NCBI GenBank assembly: GCA_964619725.1 | Contig: CAZUFC010000007.1 | Coordinates: forward strand, 1-64,000 | Origin: an uncultured bacterium | GTDB taxonomy: Bacteria; CSSED10-310; CAZUFC01 | DNA length: 64,000 nt | Direction of reading: 5' to 3' | Part shown: positions 61,153-64,000 of the stretch, one piece after another | Layout: every line of letters begins with the position of its first letter | Numbering within the stretch: the stretch's first letter is position 1 | Program-made: the position numbers and the translations under genes | The notes under the pieces: generated by a model | What the model was told of the DNA's origin: nothing | What the model saw: the letters and a program-made list of their open reading frames with translations, nothing else | Databases searched by the model: none

Positions 61153-61866
61153 CTACGGTATCCTCCCCAGTTCGTTCGCACGGGTCGCCGATTGGGTCAG
61201 CAGTTGACGCACCACTCGCTGACTGTATTCAAAATGTCGCAACGCCGTTATCATCCCCGCCATGCTGTCCACTATCGATACGTTGGAACTCTCCAAATAT
61301 CCCTGAAGCACTTCAACATCCGTCTTATCGTTCGCCGGCTGCTCACGCTCACCGCTCCGATAAAGCGAATTCCCCTCCCGCATTAAATTGTGCGGCGCAT
61401 TGAATTGAACGACCTTAATCCTGTCCAGCTCAACTCCATCCTGAAAAATCGTCCCGTCAGGCTTTACCTCTATCGCTCCCGCTCCCAGAATTATGGCGCC
61501 GCCCTCGCCCATAACACGACCTGATCCCTCCAATATCAAATAACCGTAATTGTCCGTCTTGAAACTGCCGTTGCGCGTATAACGCCGCCCGGCGCCGCTC
61601 TGGATAACAAAAAATCCGTCACCCTTTATCGACAGGTCCAATTCCCGCTCCGTCATCCTGTGTTCGCCTTCCTCCAAATTAAGGGCCTGGCGGTTATGAA
61701 TATTGTATATGCCGACTTTATCCGTCGTCTCCCACAGCACTTCATTGAACGATACGTCGCCTTTGAAACCGGCCGTCGTCGAATTCGCCAGCTTATCCGT
61801 CTGATTCTCCAAGTTACGCAACTGGCTCTTCATTGCAGAACCGCTGAGATAAATCGAATTGTTCAT
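61153..61866 (-). CDS. flgF: Proximal rod protein FlgF
   Basis: LAN.TT.GFK, LDLSI.G.GFF, YTRNGSF, QGYLESSNV; upstream of flgG. Confidence 0.88.
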   Translation of the reverse strand: MNNSIYLSGSAMKSQLRNLENQTDKLANSTTAGFKGDVSFNEVLWETTDKVGIYNIHNRQALNLEEGEHRMTERELDLSIKGDGFFVIQSGAGRRYTRNGSFKTDNYGYLILEGSGRVMGEGGAIILGAGAIEVKPDGTIFQDGVELDRIKVVQFNAPHNLMREGNSLYRSGEREQPANDKTDVEVLQGYLESSNVSIVDSMAGMITALRHFEYSQRVVRQLLTQSATRANELGRIP

Positions 61867-61919
61867 CGCTTATCTCCCGTCAGGAAACCGACTTCATACG
61901 TTCCCCCGAACTGAAAAGA

Positions 61920-61935
61920 AGCAACATTTATGCCT
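61920..61935 (-). promoter_or_regulatory. Putative sigma54 -24/-12 promoter upstream of flgF
   Basis: AGGCATAAATGTTGCT: GG-N10-GC spacing. Confidence 0.55.
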
Positions 61936-61944
61936 AATGTACCT

Positions 61945-61971
61945 TTATCGGCCATTTCTTCCGAATCTTTA
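61945..61971 (-). promoter_or_regulatory. Sigma28 promoter upstream of flgF
   Basis: TAAA-N15-GCCGATAA, perfect consensus. Confidence 0.75.
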
Positions 61972-62041
61972 GCAGTTTTTTTAATTAAATTCATTATCTC
62001 CCTTTTTACAATCAGTTACAACAAGTTTGCCGGCACTCTTC

Positions 62042-62344
62042 CTAACCGTTCAACTTCCTTACCAGCCGGAAGACTACACCCGGATACAACGATTCTATTT
62101 TCACCAGCACCCTGTCTCCCTTTCGCATCCGCGCCCGGAAACGGGCGACCACCCAGAAATCTTCAAAACGTAATGCCGCTCTCTCCTCGTCCAACAATCG
62201 CACCACATAACCGGACAGATAGTCCCCTTTTTTGAGACATAATTCATCCGCTTCCATTTTTTCATTGGTTTCGGGGTCTCTTAATGGTCCGCCGTGGACT
62301 TTCAAGCCGGTCTTCCCCGATCCCGTAAATACACGTCTATCCAT
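62042..62344 (-). CDS. Hypothetical small beta-barrel-like protein
   Basis: Co-oriented ORF in flagellar region; LKKGD.LSG.VV...KGDRV.VKI....P.VVFRL. Confidence 0.55.
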   Translation of the reverse strand: MDRRVFTGSGKTGLKVHGGPLRDPETNEKMEADELCLKKGDYLSGYVVRLLDEERAALRFEDFWVVARFRARMRKGDRVLVKIESLYPGVVFRLVRKLNG

Positions 62345-63129
62345 TTGTCCCTGGTTTCCATTCGTATCCAGAATCCGGAATTGTATTTCCCCCCGCCGGA
62401 TATGCTGTATTCTGAATCGTCGATAGAACGGACAATTCTGTCCAGACCGTCCACATCATCCAGTGAAATTGAGTGTTCGGTTTTATTCTCTGTGCTTTGC
62501 TGTCCGTCAGAGTAATATTTCTGCAGCGCCTCCTGAAGCGCTGAGTCGTCGGTCACCAGGATCGACAGTTCGACTCTCAAAACAGATTCGATAAAGTCTA
62601 TAACCTCTCCATTGCCCGGATTCTCCATTACCGCCAGCAGCCTGTTGTGCCTCCAGTCCCATTCCAGGGGCAAAATTCCGGCATTGAGAGCAATGAACGG
62701 CGGTATCATCGCCAGCGTCTTCGCAGGAATATTCACCCTACGGACATCGATCCACGGCAGATTGTACTGCTTGCTCAAGGCAAGCGTTATATCACGCTCC
62801 TCAGCCAGTCCCATATCGACCAGTCGTCTGCCTATCTTCTCTTCCTTCCCATCCTCGTTTTTTAAAACCATGTCCAATTGCTCACCCGATATCTTCTTCA
62901 TGACAAGCAACTGCTCCCCAATCCTTAATTTAGGCTCTATCCTTCTTTTTCTTCTGTTTACGGACAATCCCGCCGATATCTTTTCCCGGATATAATTCAG
63001 TCGGCATTCCCGGGAGCAAAACCACATCCCTTCCCATTCCTCGCCTTTTCTCTTTGAAAACAGTCCGGCCAGACCCATAGATCGTTTTCCCGGACACTTC
63101 TCGTTACTGCATTTCCTGATCGGCATCAT
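62302..63129 (-). CDS. Stand-alone MshEN/T2SSE-N domain protein with N-terminal Cys motifs
   Basis: CSNEKC...WFCSREC; RIGEQLL...KIGRRLVDMGL...LALSKQY; LP.ID...IP...A....LP...MENP; no ATPase domain. Confidence 0.7.
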   Translation of the reverse strand: MMPIRKCSNEKCPGKRSMGLAGLFSKRKGEEWEGMWFCSRECRLNYIREKISAGLSVNRRKRRIEPKLRIGEQLLVMKKISGEQLDMVLKNEDGKEEKIGRRLVDMGLAEERDITLALSKQYNLPWIDVRRVNIPAKTLAMIPPFIALNAGILPLEWDWRHNRLLAVMENPGNGEVIDFIESVLRVELSILVTDDSALQEALQKYYSDGQQSTENKTEHSISLDDVDGLDRIVRSIDDSEYSISGGGKYNSGFWIRMETRDKWIDVYLRDRGRPA

Positions 63130-63601
63130 CTTTCGAACATCCTTGTTCATTCTCGGACAGCGGCGTCAGTTTTCTGAAAAATTTCTGGATCATCTCCACC
63201 TCCGCACGCGGCCTGTCTAAATTCTCAGCTATCTCCTGCGTCGTACATCCCTTATCCGTCATTGAACGCACGTCAGATAAGAATCCGTTCCCCTTACTAG
63301 ACAATAATTCGTTGTCGCCTCCCGACCTCTGCTTCACCATCTGACCCGCTAACGACAGTTTAAATTCCACTCCTTCACTCACCTGCTCGATCTTCTTTAA
63401 CTTCCTGTTCAGCCTTTTCTCCGCCTTGACCTGCTCCTTCAATTTCTCCTCCACCAGATGAGAAGCCTCTATCAGCCTCTCCTCCAATGAACCGTTGCGC
63501 CTTATGCTGAGAATCAAACCTGTTATCGTTATGCATGTTATTATGATTAAAGCAGTAATATTTACTGCCAGCATCCATGCCTGTAAGCCGTCCATAATCA
63601 T
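63104..63601 (-). CDS. TM + coiled-coil protein with C-terminal HTH-like motif
   Basis: N-terminal TM, coiled coil, G.TTQEIAENLDRPRAEVEMI. Confidence 0.65.
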   Translation of the reverse strand: MIMDGLQAWMLAVNITALIIITCITITGLILSIRRNGSLEERLIEASHLVEEKLKEQVKAEKRLNRKLKKIEQVSEGVEFKLSLAGQMVKQRSGGDNELLSSKGNGFLSDVRSMTDKGCTTQEIAENLDRPRAEVEMIQKFFRKLTPLSENEQGCSKDDADQEMQ

Positions 63602-63777
63602 ACGCCCCTGAACCCGTCAACTATTTCCGTACATTAAGTCCTTGACGCCCATGCTCCTGAAGTCGGCCCCCATTGCGACGGCCGAAAAATTTAAACGCTC
63701 CGGATAATTCGCTTCGGTTGTTTCTGATTTTTTCATCTCCTCTAGGCTCCCTTGTATCCAGTAACTGACTATAATCC

Positions 63778-63999
63778 TCATATCTTGATATGAAGCAGCA
63801 TCCCCGGATAATTGTACATTCCCTCGACCATCCCCGTTTCCTCGCCTTCTTTAGAATCCTTTATTCCGGCTTCTGAACTGTTCGCTCCGTTCGTCCTGTT
63901 CCTCGCCCTCAACGCTACAGCATCTTTAGCGGTTTTCTTTCCATCCTGCCCATCTTTCTTTAAATCTCCGGCATATTCCTCTCCTAGGCTGAATCCCTC
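63778..63999 (-). CDS. 3' end of a hypothetical CDS truncated by the window edge
   Basis: Open frame ...EGFSLGEEYAG...YPGMLLHIKI* runs off the window. Confidence 0.4.
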   Translation of the reverse strand, partial: EGFSLGEEYAGDLKKDGQDGKKTAKDAVALRARNRTNGANSSEAGIKDSKEGEETGMVEGMYNYPGMLLHIKI

Positions 64000-64000
64000 C

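Overview
A 64 kb window from what looks like a flagellated, diderm, probably anaerobic bacterium (inferred from flgH/flgI, a B12-dependent class II RNR and a Tat-exported group-1 [NiFe] hydrogenase). In order, it holds nrdJ, a thioredoxin-CcdA fusion, nth, and an AT-rich islet at the 3' end of tRNA-Ala(GGC). The islet carries an intact Panacea/SocA-type antitoxin and a previously unannotated MazF-like toxin broken by a TAA. Next come a carbamoyltransferase with an SxtJ-like gene, an uncharacterised 4-gene membrane operon (DUF6754-like), an HD hydrolase, a hybrid PAS kinase and a hydrogenase operon. Two very large IPTL-CTERM-type surface proteins follow: 1278 aa (3x lectin-like repeat plus metallophosphoesterase) and 3095 aa (FG-GAP propeller, a duplicated ~900-aa module, a beta-helix and a dockerin-cohesin pair). 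After them lie a second hybrid kinase, aconitase, a eukaryote-type citrate synthase, hydantoinase/oxoprolinase A+B, a membrane-anchored acidic protein ending in a RomX-like domain, a DedA/DUF5685/A24/radical-SAM group, and a flgF-flgL/fliW/csrA cluster with readable sigma28 and sigma54 promoters. Non-coding DNA holds a dispersed ~200-bp repeat family, 9-mer microsatellites and a two-repeat CRISPR-like unit. All family assignments come from motif recognition by eye; no database search was run.
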